Source: Nitrospinota bacterium (GTDB lineage: Bacteria; JADFOP01). From it: a DNA stretch of 33,321 nt. The notes beneath the pieces were generated by a model. It did no database searches, was not told where the DNA came from, and worked only from the letters and a program-made list of their open reading frames with translations. Location of the stretch: assembly GCA_022562795.1 (NCBI GenBank), contig JADFOP010000002.1, forward strand, positions 62,001 to 95,321, read 5' to 3'. Position 1 is the first letter of the stretch, and each line of letters starts with the position of its first letter. The position numbers and the translations under genes are program-made. This document shows positions 9,083-18,830 of this stretch, piece after piece.

Positions 9083-10657
9083 ATGACCTATACCCGTACT
9101 GCCACGCGAGGGCTGGCCATCGGCCTTGCGGTGGGCCTCGTCGTGGCCTGCGGCCGGTCCCCGATCGAACGCAAGCCCGGAACCATCATTGTCGGAGTCC
9201 AGGCAAATCCCACAATCCTCGACCCCCGGCTTGCAATCGATGTCGCCAGCCTACATGTTATCCAGCTGGTCTATAACCGATTGATGAAAAAGGACCCCAT
9301 CGGGAAGCTCGTCTGCGATCTCTGCACCCGCTGGGAGAGGCCCGACCCGAAAAGCTATCGGTTCCACCTCCACCGCGGGGTCCGGTTCCACGACGGAAGT
9401 GAGCTTACGGCCGAGGACGTCGTCTACACATTCCTCAGCGTCATGGACCCGGCTCTTCAATCGCCCCGGCGGGTGAGCTATGCGCCCGTCGAGTCCGTTC
9501 GGGCTTTAGACCGCTATACGGTCGAGTTCCGCCTAAAAGAGCTTTATGCGCCCTTTCTTCAGAATGCGGTCATGGCGATTGTGCCCAAGCACCACGCCGC
9601 CGGAAGACCCGAGGCAGTCCTCCGCGAGCCCATAGGGACCGGGCCCTTTCGGTTTATTAAGTGGGGGGCCGATGAGCACGTCCTCCTGGAGGCCTTCGGG
9701 GACTACTGGGAGGGTCGATCTAGGATCGAGCGGATTATTATCAAGGTCATCCCGGACCAGATGGTGAGGCTGCTGGAGCTGGAGCGGGGTGGCTTAGATC
9801 TCCTTATCAATCTGGTCCCGCCCGATTCTCTGCCCCGGCTGGAGCGGAATCCCGATCTGCGCATTTTGACGCGTCCCGGCTCCTCCTTTTCCTATATCGG
9901 CTTTAACCTGGAGGATGAGGTGCTGCGCCACCGGCGGGTGCGGCAGGCCATCGCCCACGCTATTGACCGGCGGGGAATTATCCTCTATATCCTGAGGGGA
10001 TTAGCCGTCCCCGCCAGGGGCCTCCTGCCGTCTTCTCACTGGGCATTCGAGCCCGAAGTCCACACTTACGCTTATGACCCCGAGGAGGCCCGCCGGCTGC
10101 TCGACGAGGCCGGGCTTCCCGACCCGCCGGGGGCGGAGCCCCGCTTCACCATCATCTACAAAACGAGCATGAACGAGGTGCGCCGCCGCATCGGGGAGGT
10201 CCTCCAGGCCCAGCTCGCAGAGGTTGGGATCCGGGTGCTTATTAAGAACTTTGAGTGGGGCACTTTCTACGCCGACATCCGTCGGGGCAACTTCCAGATG
10301 TATACCCTCACGTGGGTGGGCATCACCGACCCCGACCATTATCACTATATCTTCCATTCCGCGAACATACCCCCCAGGGGCGCCAACCGCAACCGCTACC
10401 GCAACCCGGAGATTGACCGGCTGCTGGAGAAAGGCCGAGGCACGATGGAGCCAGAGGCCCGCCGGGCCGTCTACAGCCGCGTTCAGAAAATTCTGGCCGA
10501 GGACCTCCCTTACGTGCCATTGTGGCACGCCTCGAACGTGGCCGTAATGCGCAAGGAGCTTAAGGGATTCGTCCTCTACGCGAATCAGGACTTCTCGGGC
10601 CTCAAGGGGGCCTACCTCGACCTGAAGTCATCGGCCCCCGCGACTGCCGGCCGATGA
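9083..10657 (+). CDS. Peptide/nickel ABC transporter substrate-binding lipoprotein (family 5)
   Basis: Lipobox VVAC, GVRFHDGSELTAEDVVYT, PIGTGPF, VRQAIAHAIDR. Confidence 0.92.
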   Translation: MTYTRTATRGLAIGLAVGLVVACGRSPIERKPGTIIVGVQANPTILDPRLAIDVASLHVIQLVYNRLMKKDPIGKLVCDLCTRWERPDPKSYRFHLHRGVRFHDGSELTAEDVVYTFLSVMDPALQSPRRVSYAPVESVRALDRYTVEFRLKELYAPFLQNAVMAIVPKHHAAGRPEAVLREPIGTGPFRFIKWGADEHVLLEAFGDYWEGRSRIERIIIKVIPDQMVRLLELERGGLDLLINLVPPDSLPRLERNPDLRILTRPGSSFSYIGFNLEDEVLRHRRVRQAIAHAIDRRGIILYILRGLAVPARGLLPSSHWAFEPEVHTYAYDPEEARRLLDEAGLPDPPGAEPRFTIIYKTSMNEVRRRIGEVLQAQLAEVGIRVLIKNFEWGTFYADIRRGNFQMYTLTWVGITDPDHYHYIFHSANIPPRGANRNRYRNPEIDRLLEKGRGTMEPEARRAVYSRVQKILAEDLPYVPLWHASNVAVMRKELKGFVLYANQDFSGLKGAYLDLKSSAPATAGR

Positions 10658-10671
10658 GGGGGGCATAGCCG

Positions 10672-11592
10672 GTGCGCCGCTACGTTCTTCGACGGATTGG
10701 CTTACTCGTCCCGGTCGTGCTCGGGGTCGTTACGGTGGTATTCCTCATCGTCCATCTCATTCCCGGCGACCCGGTAGAGATTATGCTGGGCGAGCAGGCC
10801 CTGGCGGTCGATAGGGAGGCGCTGCGTCATGAAATGGGCCTGGACAAGCCCATTCATCTGCAGTACGTGGCCTTCCTGAAGGGCCTGGTCCGCGGGGACC
10901 TCGGCCAGTCCCTACACACCAAACAGCCGGTGCTTACGAGCATCGCACGCCGCTTGCCCGCGACCATCGAGCTGGCGGCGGCCGCGATGGCAGTCGCCCT
11001 GCTGCTTGCGATTCCACTGGGGTTGCTCGCCGCCTACAAGAAGGACTCATTAGTCGATCAGGGCTCGATGGTCTTCGCCCTATTGGGCATCAGCATGCCG
11101 AATTTCTGGCTAGGTCCCCTTCTGATTATCGTCTTTTCCTTGAAGCTCGGCTGGTTTCCCGTCTCTGGCCGGGGGAGCCTGGCCCACGTAGTCCTTCCCG
11201 CCATCACGTTGGGGACCGCGATGGCCGCCATTCTGACCCGGATGACCCGCGCCAGTATGCTGGATGTCATCCAGAGCGACTACATCACGACGGCGCGAGC
11301 CAAAGGAGTTCGCGAAAGCCTGGTGGTGCTCAAGCACGCCTTCCGAAACGCCCTCATTCCCGTGGTGACCATCGTTGGCCTCCAGATCGGCAGCCTGCTG
11401 GCCGGAAGCATCATCACAGAGACCATCTTTGCCTGGCCGGGGATAGGCCGGCTCACAATCCAGGCGATCAACGCCCGCGACTACCCCCTCGTGCAAGGCT
11501 GCGTGCTTATTATCGCCCTGGGCTACGTGCTGGTCAATTTCGCCACCGACCTCCTTTACGGACTCATAGACCCGAGGATTCGGTATGAATAG
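10672..11592 (+). CDS. Peptide/nickel ABC permease (DppB/NikB-like)
   Basis: PGDP, GDLGQS, SMPNFWLG, DYITTARAKG, RDYPLVQG, DPRIR. Confidence 0.93.
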   Translation: MRRYVLRRIGLLVPVVLGVVTVVFLIVHLIPGDPVEIMLGEQALAVDREALRHEMGLDKPIHLQYVAFLKGLVRGDLGQSLHTKQPVLTSIARRLPATIELAAAAMAVALLLAIPLGLLAAYKKDSLVDQGSMVFALLGISMPNFWLGPLLIIVFSLKLGWFPVSGRGSLAHVVLPAITLGTAMAAILTRMTRASMLDVIQSDYITTARAKGVRESLVVLKHAFRNALIPVVTIVGLQIGSLLAGSIITETIFAWPGIGRLTIQAINARDYPLVQGCVLIIALGYVLVNFATDLLYGLIDPRIRYE

Positions 11593-12421
11593 CCGCTTAG
11601 CCCGGTTCGTACGATCAACCCCCTTGGCCGCCCTGGGGCTCTTGATTCTCCTCGTCCTCGTCGTCGTGGCGATCTTCGCGCCCTATATCTCGCCCTACGA
11701 CCCGACTGCGATCCGCCTGGCCGAGGGTCTTTCAGGCCCGTCCATCACACACCCCCTGGGCCAGGATAAGCTCGGCCGCGACATCCTGAGCCGCATAATC
11801 TACGGCGCCCGCATCTCGCTCTACGTGGGAGTGGCCACGGTCATGCTTTCGGCTTTTGTCGGGACTGTCGTGGGCGCCGTTTCCGGCTACGCCGGCGGAG
11901 TTGTGGATGAGGTCGTGATGCGGCTCATCGACATTCTGCTCGCCTTCCCCGGCATCTTGCTCGCCGTAGCCGTGATGGCGATCCTCGGCCCGAGCCTAAA
12001 TAACATCGTCATCGCCCTGACCGTGTTGGGCTGGGTCGGCTATGCCCGCCTGGTGAGGGGACAGGTCTTGGCGCTCAGGGAGTTTGAGTTCGTCCATGCC
12101 GCCCGGGCTCTTGGGGCCGACGCCAGGCGCATCATCGCCCGCCACCTCGTTCCCAACGTCCTGGGGCTGGTCATCGTCCAGGCGACGTTCGGCATGGCGG
12201 GGGCCATAGTAGCTGAAGCGGGCCTATCCTTCTTGGGCTTGGGGACCCAGCCGCCGACGCCCTCCTGGGGCAGCATGCTCAACGACGGGCGGGAATTTTT
12301 GCTCACGACCCCCCATCTGACCACCTTCCCCGGCCTTGCCATCATGACGGTGGTGCTCGGCCTCAACTTCTTGGGCGACGGGCTGCGGGACATTCTCGAC
12401 CCAAAGAGCCGGGCGAGATAG
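11585..12421 (+). CDS. Peptide/nickel ABC permease (DppC/NikC-like)
   Basis: HPLGQDKLGRDILSRIIYGARISL, EFVHAARALGA, LSFLGLG, NFLGDGLRDILDP. Confidence 0.93.
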   Translation: MNSRLARFVRSTPLAALGLLILLVLVVVAIFAPYISPYDPTAIRLAEGLSGPSITHPLGQDKLGRDILSRIIYGARISLYVGVATVMLSAFVGTVVGAVSGYAGGVVDEVVMRLIDILLAFPGILLAVAVMAILGPSLNNIVIALTVLGWVGYARLVRGQVLALREFEFVHAARALGADARRIIARHLVPNVLGLVIVQATFGMAGAIVAEAGLSFLGLGTQPPTPSWGSMLNDGREFLLTTPHLTTFPGLAIMTVVLGLNFLGDGLRDILDPKSRAR

Positions 12422-12436
12422 TGAGGTATTCAGATC

Positions 12437-12832
12437 CTACTTAGCCGGAGGTGGCGCCGGGGGGGGCTTGGCCTTTTCCGAGAGAGGGGTCAGGCGGCCG
12501 TGAGGCCTGCGGGTCGTCCGTTTAACCCAGGAAATGGCCCACCCTTTGACCTGAATACCGTGGCAGATGCGACATTCCGTAGCTCCCAGGTAGGGCTCTT
12601 TCTCATACACGGTGGAGACGAGGACCAGGTGGGGGTCGGCTTTAAAGTCCTTGTGGCTGTGGCAGCTCGTGCAGTAGCCGGTTATGATTTTGTTGTTTTT
12701 CTCCGGAGTGAACTTGCCTGAGACCGCCCTCTCGATGGGGGTGCGGGAGCACGCCGTCAATGCCGCAAGGAGCATGACGGCAACGGCCCCCAGAAGGTGT
12801 ATTGAAAGTGAGGAGCTACGGGGTTTGGTCAT
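12437..12832 (-). CDS. Small diheme c-type cytochrome lipoprotein
   Basis: Lipobox LTAC; two CxxCH motifs (CTSCH, CRICH); Pro-rich tail. Confidence 0.75.
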   Translation of the reverse strand: MTKPRSSSLSIHLLGAVAVMLLAALTACSRTPIERAVSGKFTPEKNNKIITGYCTSCHSHKDFKADPHLVLVSTVYEKEPYLGATECRICHGIQVKGWAISWVKRTTRRPHGRLTPLSEKAKPPPAPPPAK

Positions 12833-12844
12833 GACGATTGTCGA

Positions 12845-12873
12845 ATGATAGGGCGGCTTCGGGGGCATGTCAA
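12845..12873 (-). promoter_or_regulatory. Sigma70-type promoter for the cytochrome gene
   Basis: TTGACA-17 nt-TATCAT ending 12 nt upstream of ATG 12832. Confidence 0.6.
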
Positions 12874-12890
12874 GGGTTAGACGACCGCTC

Positions 12891-14474
12891 TTAGGGGCCG
12901 CTCTTCCCTCCCAACCTGCTCCCCTGCACTTTATACACTATCACGGGCAGCTCGGCTGAGGCGAGACCGGGCTGGTAGAAGCGGGCGACCTCCACGAGCG
13001 GCAGCTCCGCCGGCTCCGGCCCCCAGGCCCGCCGGTAGACTGTCCGGAAGACCTCCTCCGACGCCACGAGGAATCGCACCCCGTGGCGCTCGCAGTAGCT
13101 CCACAGCTTTCGACGCCGAACCCATGGCAAAAGCTGGTTGTTCACCGAGCCGTCCAGGTCGATCGCCGTCCGTCCGCTCACGTAGCTTAAGATGCCCACG
13201 TTGAATCCCGCCAGCCGTGTGCCCGGCGGGGTATGTTGGGTCACCCACCGCGCCGCTTGCAGGGAGCTCGTCTGCCAGGGGTAGAGCCCCTCCTGCCAGC
13301 TTCGCCAGCCCACCCCGATGTAGAGGACCGCCACGGCCAAGAGCAGGGCGCGGACGGTCGCCCGCCCCCAGGGGCGGTCGGCCAGCAACGCCGCTCCGCA
13401 CCCGAGGGTGACGGCGGTAAGCAGCACCACCGGAGCGAGTCGCCAGGGCCTCACAGTCCAGAAGACCGCCCCGTGGACGGCCAGGGTTGCCAGCAGCCCC
13501 ACGGCCAACGGGCCCAGCATGAGAGCGATGGTCCTCGAGCGCTGCGGGTACTGCGTTCTCTGGTCCAACGCCCCGATCCCGACGATCAGCAGGGCCGCGA
13601 TCGCGAGATACGAGAGCCCCGTGGCCCGAGGAAGGTCGTTAAAGAAGGTCTGGCGGAGGAGGCTTAGCCCCACGGCGGCCCACGGCCCCCACCCCGGGCC
13701 CGCCACGGCTTGGAAGTTTTGATGCAGGACGGTGGGCGCCGCCCACACGCTCGCGGTGGCGGCTGGGCCGAAGGTCACCCAATTCCAGGCGGCCCAGGGC
13801 GCTACGACCAGGGAAGCGCTGAACGAAATCTTGTAGAGGGCGGCCACTCTCCCCCAGCCCCTATCGACGACGAAGACGGTCCCGAGGAGCGCGACCACAA
13901 AGCCGAGGTTGTCGAGGTTCGCCAGCACAGCCGCCCCGGCGGCCAGGCCGAGCAGCCAGCCACCCCCCGGAGGGCGGCGAACCAAGAGCAAGACGCAGGC
14001 GATCAGAAAAAGGAGGCCGGCGGCCGTCTCCAGTCCGTTGACGCTCAGGGCGACCGCCATGGGATTCCACCAGTAGGCGACCATCCCCACCAGGGCGGCG
14101 GTCCGGTTTCCGAAAGCTACAAGGAAGAGCCGATAGAGAACGAGGGCCGTTAGGCCGTCGAGGAGTACCCCCGCGGTGAGAACGCCGTGCAGGGTAAATG
14201 GGCTTTCGGGGCCGAGCAACGTAGTCAGCCCCGCCACCGCGCCCATCCACAGTGGGTGGAAGCCGTTGGTGGGGGCAAGCGTATCGAAGGTCGGCCCCAA
14301 CCCCTCGACCAGGTGGCGGCCTATTGTGAGGTAATGGAACGCGGCGTCGGGGAGCACCTTGGAGATGAGGATAGGCAGAGGTTTCCAGGCGACGGCTAGC
14401 CGGACAAGCAGGCCAAGGACGAAGGCGCCCAGGGCGAGCAAGCGATGTCCGCCGGTAGCTGGAGGAAGCCTCAC
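12891..14474 (-). CDS. Polytopic membrane protein, probable GT-C fold glycosyltransferase
   Basis: More than 10 hydrophobic segments; first-loop motif PDAAFHY...TFD...TNGFHPLW, NGLET, C-terminal soluble domain with IDLDG.VN. Confidence 0.6.
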   Translation of the reverse strand: MRLPPATGGHRLLALGAFVLGLLVRLAVAWKPLPILISKVLPDAAFHYLTIGRHLVEGLGPTFDTLAPTNGFHPLWMGAVAGLTTLLGPESPFTLHGVLTAGVLLDGLTALVLYRLFLVAFGNRTAALVGMVAYWWNPMAVALSVNGLETAAGLLFLIACVLLLVRRPPGGGWLLGLAAGAAVLANLDNLGFVVALLGTVFVVDRGWGRVAALYKISFSASLVVAPWAAWNWVTFGPAATASVWAAPTVLHQNFQAVAGPGWGPWAAVGLSLLRQTFFNDLPRATGLSYLAIAALLIVGIGALDQRTQYPQRSRTIALMLGPLAVGLLATLAVHGAVFWTVRPWRLAPVVLLTAVTLGCGAALLADRPWGRATVRALLLAVAVLYIGVGWRSWQEGLYPWQTSSLQAARWVTQHTPPGTRLAGFNVGILSYVSGRTAIDLDGSVNNQLLPWVRRRKLWSYCERHGVRFLVASEEVFRTVYRRAWGPEPAELPLVEVARFYQPGLASAELPVIVYKVQGSRLGGKSGP

Positions 14475-15835
14475 CGTTTTTGGCTGCGTGCCTTACGCGC
14501 CAGGGCCCCCTGGATGGCCAGGACCTTCTCCACAACCGCCTCCGGCGAGACGCCGAGGACGCGGATCATGGGCTCCTTGCCGTGGCCGCCTGTGTCGTAG
14601 ATGACGTCGGGGACGCTGCCGGCCCGGCCGATGGCCTCTACGGTGCCCCACTCGAGGCTCGCCCCCTCGCGGCGCCTGACGGCAGGTGGCTCGTTAGAGC
14701 GGTCGAAGGCCCCGACCGCCAGCTTAACCTTCCGGCAGGCCGCGAGAATTCTCTTCTCGTAGCGGAGATTCATGGCTGCGCGTACGGACGGATCGTGGCC
14801 CATGGCCGCCAGTATCACGGCTGCCACGTGCTGGCTCGCCCCAAAGCTCGGCGGGGACACCTCCCGGACGGTCTCGCCCACCCGGTGAATTCTACCGGGG
14901 AAGGCGGCCACATCACGGCGGTCCAGCGCCTTCGGCAGGGCGTAACCCAGGTTGGTCTGGACCTCCGGCACCAGGGTGCCGATCCTAGCGGACTTGAGCC
15001 GCTCCAGGGCGGAGGTGAGACTATCTATTACGTGGGACCGGTGGAGGGCCTTGTGGATGGTCGCGGCTGGGTCGGCCGGCCCCGTACCGCCTCCGATGGC
15101 CAGCCCATGCCGGATGGCCTCGGTGACGAAGCGCTTTGCACGGTTCACCGCCTCGGCGAGCGAGGCCCCACGGGCTAGGTGGGCGGCGGTGGCCGCTGCG
15201 AGGATGCAGCCGGTGCCGTGGGTGTTGGGCTGATCGATACGCTCGGAGACGAGCTCCGTCACGGTCCGGCCGTCGAAGAAGATGTCGATGGCGCGGCCCC
15301 GCCCGTGGCCGCCTTTGACGAGCACGCTTTTGGGCCCCATCCGCTTGAGGGCCCGGGCCGCCTCGGCCATGTCAGCCATGCTCCGAAGACGCTTTCCCAA
15401 CAGAACCTCGGCTTCGGGCCTATTTGGCGTGATCACTGTGGCCAGGGGAAAGAGCCTCTCCACCAGGGTCCGGACCGCCTCGGGCATAAGAAGCGAGTCG
15501 CCGCTTTTTGCCACCATCACCGGGTCTACCACGAGATTGGGAATCCCGTGCTCGACAGCTTTCTTGGCCACGTGCTCGATTATCTCGACGTTGGAGAGCA
15601 TTCCCGTCTTTGCGGCGGCCACGGGGAGGTCCGAGCAGATGGCGTCGATCTGGCGGCCGATAATGTAGGCCGGCAGGTCGTAGATGTCGGTTACCCCTCG
15701 GGTGTTTTGGGCTGTCACAGAGGTTATAACGCTTGTCCCGAAGACTTCGAGCGCGGTGAAGGTTTTAAGGTCGGCCTGAATTCCCGCTCCGCCACCTGAG
15801 TCAGAACCCGCAATTGTAAGCGCAACGGGAATCAT
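14471..15835 (-). CDS. thiD: Bifunctional HMP/HMP-P kinase and ThiN-type thiamine phosphate synthase (ThiDN)
   Basis: IAGSDSGGGAGIQADLKT, VVDPVM, VKGGH, NTHGTGC; C-terminal domain LVPEVQTN, FPGRI, FGASQHVA, PDVIYDTGGHGKEPMIRVLG typical of ThiN. Confidence 0.9.
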   Translation of the reverse strand: MIPVALTIAGSDSGGGAGIQADLKTFTALEVFGTSVITSVTAQNTRGVTDIYDLPAYIIGRQIDAICSDLPVAAAKTGMLSNVEIIEHVAKKAVEHGIPNLVVDPVMVAKSGDSLLMPEAVRTLVERLFPLATVITPNRPEAEVLLGKRLRSMADMAEAARALKRMGPKSVLVKGGHGRGRAIDIFFDGRTVTELVSERIDQPNTHGTGCILAAATAAHLARGASLAEAVNRAKRFVTEAIRHGLAIGGGTGPADPAATIHKALHRSHVIDSLTSALERLKSARIGTLVPEVQTNLGYALPKALDRRDVAAFPGRIHRVGETVREVSPPSFGASQHVAAVILAAMGHDPSVRAAMNLRYEKRILAACRKVKLAVGAFDRSNEPPAVRRREGASLEWGTVEAIGRAGSVPDVIYDTGGHGKEPMIRVLGVSPEAVVEKVLAIQGALARKARSQKR

Positions 15836-16002
15836 TCCGTCCTCCCCTGGTGGGCTCCTTGGAGAGTGTTCGCTACCTTAAGTCTATCACGGGCACGGCC
15901 CCTGGGCCATCGGTATTGGGGGGGTCTCCTCCTCCAGGCATTTCCTATGGGGTGTGGGTGATGTGGTTATTACGGAGTGTGGCCTGCGCCCACATTGAGG
16001 TT

Positions 16003-17304
16003 TTATAGAGAGACCCGGTAGCCTTCCCTGGTTAAATAGCCCCATGCCCGATAGCCCTGCCGGGCCCTAGGGCTCAGGCGTCCGGCGGTCACAAACACCC
16101 GCCGATGGGTCGGGGGTTGATGCCCGACTTTTCCGACGGCATGGATCGCGCTCTCCGTCTCGGCGTCCCAAAGGACGTAGTCGGAAGGCGCGGCTACGAG
16201 CGTCGTTCCGTCGACCGTGTAGGCGACGGGCATCCCAGCAGCGATCCCCAGCCGATGGATTCGGGCTTCCTTGAGATGGTAGGAGGCGAGCATCTCGGCC
16301 GTCTTTTGATAGGAGAGGGCCGAGGCCTCGTCGGTGGCGTGCAGGGCGGCCTCGATAACGGCTCCCCGGTTGCCAACACCGCTCAGCTGCTCAAGGGCGC
16401 CTACGAGGAAGGTCTGGTGCCGAGGGGAGTATTCCGGGTGATTGATGAAGCGATCGAGGAGCTCCTGCCCAACACCCATCCACTCGAGCTTCTCCTCGTT
16501 GATGTCGGCCAGCTCCCCTGGCGACTTGTCCCTCAGGAGCGAGTTCATTGTGGCGCTGAACTTCCCGAGGCTGACCACGATACCCACCGCCCCGGGGATG
16601 AAGATGGCCCCGAGATTGACTGTTGCCTGACCCGCCGCCCGCTGGGTAGCGATGCTGTTGAGGAGGTCTTGAATCTGCGGGTTTGAGGAGTATACGTCCA
16701 CATTTAGCTCATCGGCCACCTTCCTCTTGTGCTTGGCCAGCAAGATCTCCTTCACGAATGAGTCCCGCCGCTTGCTCCGCTTCCTGCCCTTGAAGAGGCG
16801 GCCAAGTGCCGCGAACCTCTCTCCAAGCCCCTGTCCGACGGCCTTTACTGTCTCGACCGGATGGACCACAGTTCTCACCAGCGCCTCCCCCGTTGCTTCG
16901 ATGCGCTCGCCCGCGGCGTTGAGGAACTCGTACTCGTTTTTCAGCTCTACGGCCCGATCGAGTATCGATACCTCGTGGACGCGCACCTTGAGCATCTCAA
17001 GCGAGACGACGTCGTATCGTCCGTAGCGGGAACGTAGCGTAAAGTGGTAAAAGTGCCCGTCCGTCGATACCGGGTCGGCGACGGTGTGATACGGGCTTTT
17101 GCGGAGGGCCGGGGGAAGGATGTCGGCGGCCCGAAGGACCGGCGGAGCCTCGTAGGCCGGTGTCTCGTCCTGGGCCACGGACGCCGAGACTACCACGAAC
17201 AAGACCACTCCGGTGGATAGCCACGCCCCCCAGAAGCTCCAACGAGATCGGGCGGAAACGCTGATCAGTTTTCCCTCCAGCAGGAGGCGTTGAGATGGTG
17301 TCAC
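16003..17304 (-). CDS. Hypothetical exported or membrane-anchored protein
   Basis: 433 aa ORF, start overlaps lpdA stop (GTGA), N-terminal hydrophobic segment ending SVA-Q; no family recognised; start uncertain. Confidence 0.6.
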   Translation of the reverse strand: MTPSQRLLLEGKLISVSARSRWSFWGAWLSTGVVLFVVVSASVAQDETPAYEAPPVLRAADILPPALRKSPYHTVADPVSTDGHFYHFTLRSRYGRYDVVSLEMLKVRVHEVSILDRAVELKNEYEFLNAAGERIEATGEALVRTVVHPVETVKAVGQGLGERFAALGRLFKGRKRSKRRDSFVKEILLAKHKRKVADELNVDVYSSNPQIQDLLNSIATQRAAGQATVNLGAIFIPGAVGIVVSLGKFSATMNSLLRDKSPGELADINEEKLEWMGVGQELLDRFINHPEYSPRHQTFLVGALEQLSGVGNRGAVIEAALHATDEASALSYQKTAEMLASYHLKEARIHRLGIAAGMPVAYTVDGTTLVAAPSDYVLWDAETESAIHAVGKVGHQPPTHRRVFVTAGRLSPRARQGYRAWGYLTREGYRVSL

Positions 17305-18707
17305 GCTTCTCTTTTCGGCGGGATATGGATCGCCATGCCGTGGACGTCGTGGACGGCCTCCATAATGGCTTCGGACAGAGTCGGGTGAGCGTGGGTGAGG
17401 TCGCCAAGCTCAGAGGCCGTCATACCGGCGTGCATAGCGACCGCCGCCTCGTGGATGAGGTCGGCTGCGTGGTCGCCAACGATGTGGACGCCAAGAATCT
17501 GGTCGGTCTCCTCCTCGGCGATGACCTTCACCTGGCCTACCGTTTCTCCGGCGCACATGGCTTTTCCTAAGGCTCTGATGGGAAAGCGGCCCACCCGGTA
17601 TGCGAGGCCCCGCTTCTCCGCCTCCTCCTCGGTGATGCCGACCACCCCCACCTCGGGGATGGTGAAGATACCCGCCGGGACAATGTCGTAGTTCATGACC
17701 CGGTTTCGGCCCATGGCGTTCTCGGCGGCCACGATGCCCTCGGCCGAGGCTTTGTGGGCGAGCAGCGCCCCGCCAACCACGTCGCCGATGGCGTAGATGG
17801 CCTCGGTGGAGCTCTGCATCCGCTCGTTGACCACAATCTCGCCCCCCCCGGTTAAGTCAACCCCGGCGGCTTCGAGCCCAAGCCCGTCGGTGTTGGGGCG
17901 CCGTCCGATGGAGACCAGCACCAGGTCGGCCTCGACGGTCTCACCCCCCGCCAGCGTGATTAGCACCACTCCGTCCTCCTGGCGCTCGGCCTTATCCACC
18001 TTGGTGCCCGAATGGAGGGCGATCTTGCGCTTCTTAAGCTCTCGCTCGATGAGACGGCTGGTCTCGCCGTCTTCAAAGGGGAGGGCCCTCTCCATCATCT
18101 CCACCATGGTGACCCGGCAGCCGAGCTCGTGGTAGAGGAATGCGAACTCGCACCCGACGATTCCGGCGCCGATGATGAGCAGGTGGGAGGGAAGCTCCCT
18201 CAGGTTGACGGCCTCGTCGGAGGAGATTATGGATGCGCCGTCGAAGGGGAATGCAGGAATCGAAACCGGGCGGCTGCCGGTGGCGACGATGGTCTTTGCC
18301 GCCTCGACGGTCTCGGCGGCCCCGTCGGCGGCGGTCACCTCGATGGCAGTGGAACTCTTAAAGCGGGCCTGACCGTGAAGGTAAGTAACCCCCCGGCTCT
18401 TCAGCAGGGTTTGGATGCCCTTGACGAGGGTGGCGACGATCTTGTCTTTCCGGTCGATGAGGCGGCCCATATCGACCCGGGCTTCACCTTCTAATATTAT
18501 GCCGAACTCAGCCGCCTCCTTTATCTTTTTATAGACCTCGGCCGAGGCGATCATGGCTTTGGTTGGGATGCAGCCCCAGTTGAGGCAAGTCCCGCCTAGC
18601 TCGTCCTTGTCGATGAGGACCACGCGGCCTCCTAGCTGGGCCGCACGAATGGCCGCCACGTAGCCCCCGGGCCCGGCGCCGATGATGGCGAGGTCGTAGC
18701 TTGCCAT
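17301..18707 (-). CDS. lpdA: Dihydrolipoamide dehydrogenase
   Basis: GAGPGGYVAAIRAAQLG, GGTCLNWGCIPTK, LAHKA, HAHPTLSE. Confidence 0.96.
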   Translation of the reverse strand: MASYDLAIIGAGPGGYVAAIRAAQLGGRVVLIDKDELGGTCLNWGCIPTKAMIASAEVYKKIKEAAEFGIILEGEARVDMGRLIDRKDKIVATLVKGIQTLLKSRGVTYLHGQARFKSSTAIEVTAADGAAETVEAAKTIVATGSRPVSIPAFPFDGASIISSDEAVNLRELPSHLLIIGAGIVGCEFAFLYHELGCRVTMVEMMERALPFEDGETSRLIERELKKRKIALHSGTKVDKAERQEDGVVLITLAGGETVEADLVLVSIGRRPNTDGLGLEAAGVDLTGGGEIVVNERMQSSTEAIYAIGDVVGGALLAHKASAEGIVAAENAMGRNRVMNYDIVPAGIFTIPEVGVVGITEEEAEKRGLAYRVGRFPIRALGKAMCAGETVGQVKVIAEEETDQILGVHIVGDHAADLIHEAAVAMHAGMTASELGDLTHAHPTLSEAIMEAVHDVHGMAIHIPPKREA

Positions 18708-18750
18708 GGATCGCTCCGTAGGGAGGGTCTTTAATCCAGTAAACGGGGGA

Positions 18751-18780
18751 AGGATAACGGGAGGGGCTGGGGGGTGTCAA
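18751..18780 (-). promoter_or_regulatory. Sigma70-type promoter for lpdA
   Basis: TTGACA-18 nt-TATCCT on the minus strand. Confidence 0.45.
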
Positions 18781-18830
18781 GCTGGCCTGTTTTTAAAGTC
18801 GTTTTATCAATGTCGGTTTGATGGAGAAAA

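Noticed and set aside
15836-16002. TPP riboswitch upstream of thiDN
   Set aside because: No CTGAGA core or matching stems on the minus strand.
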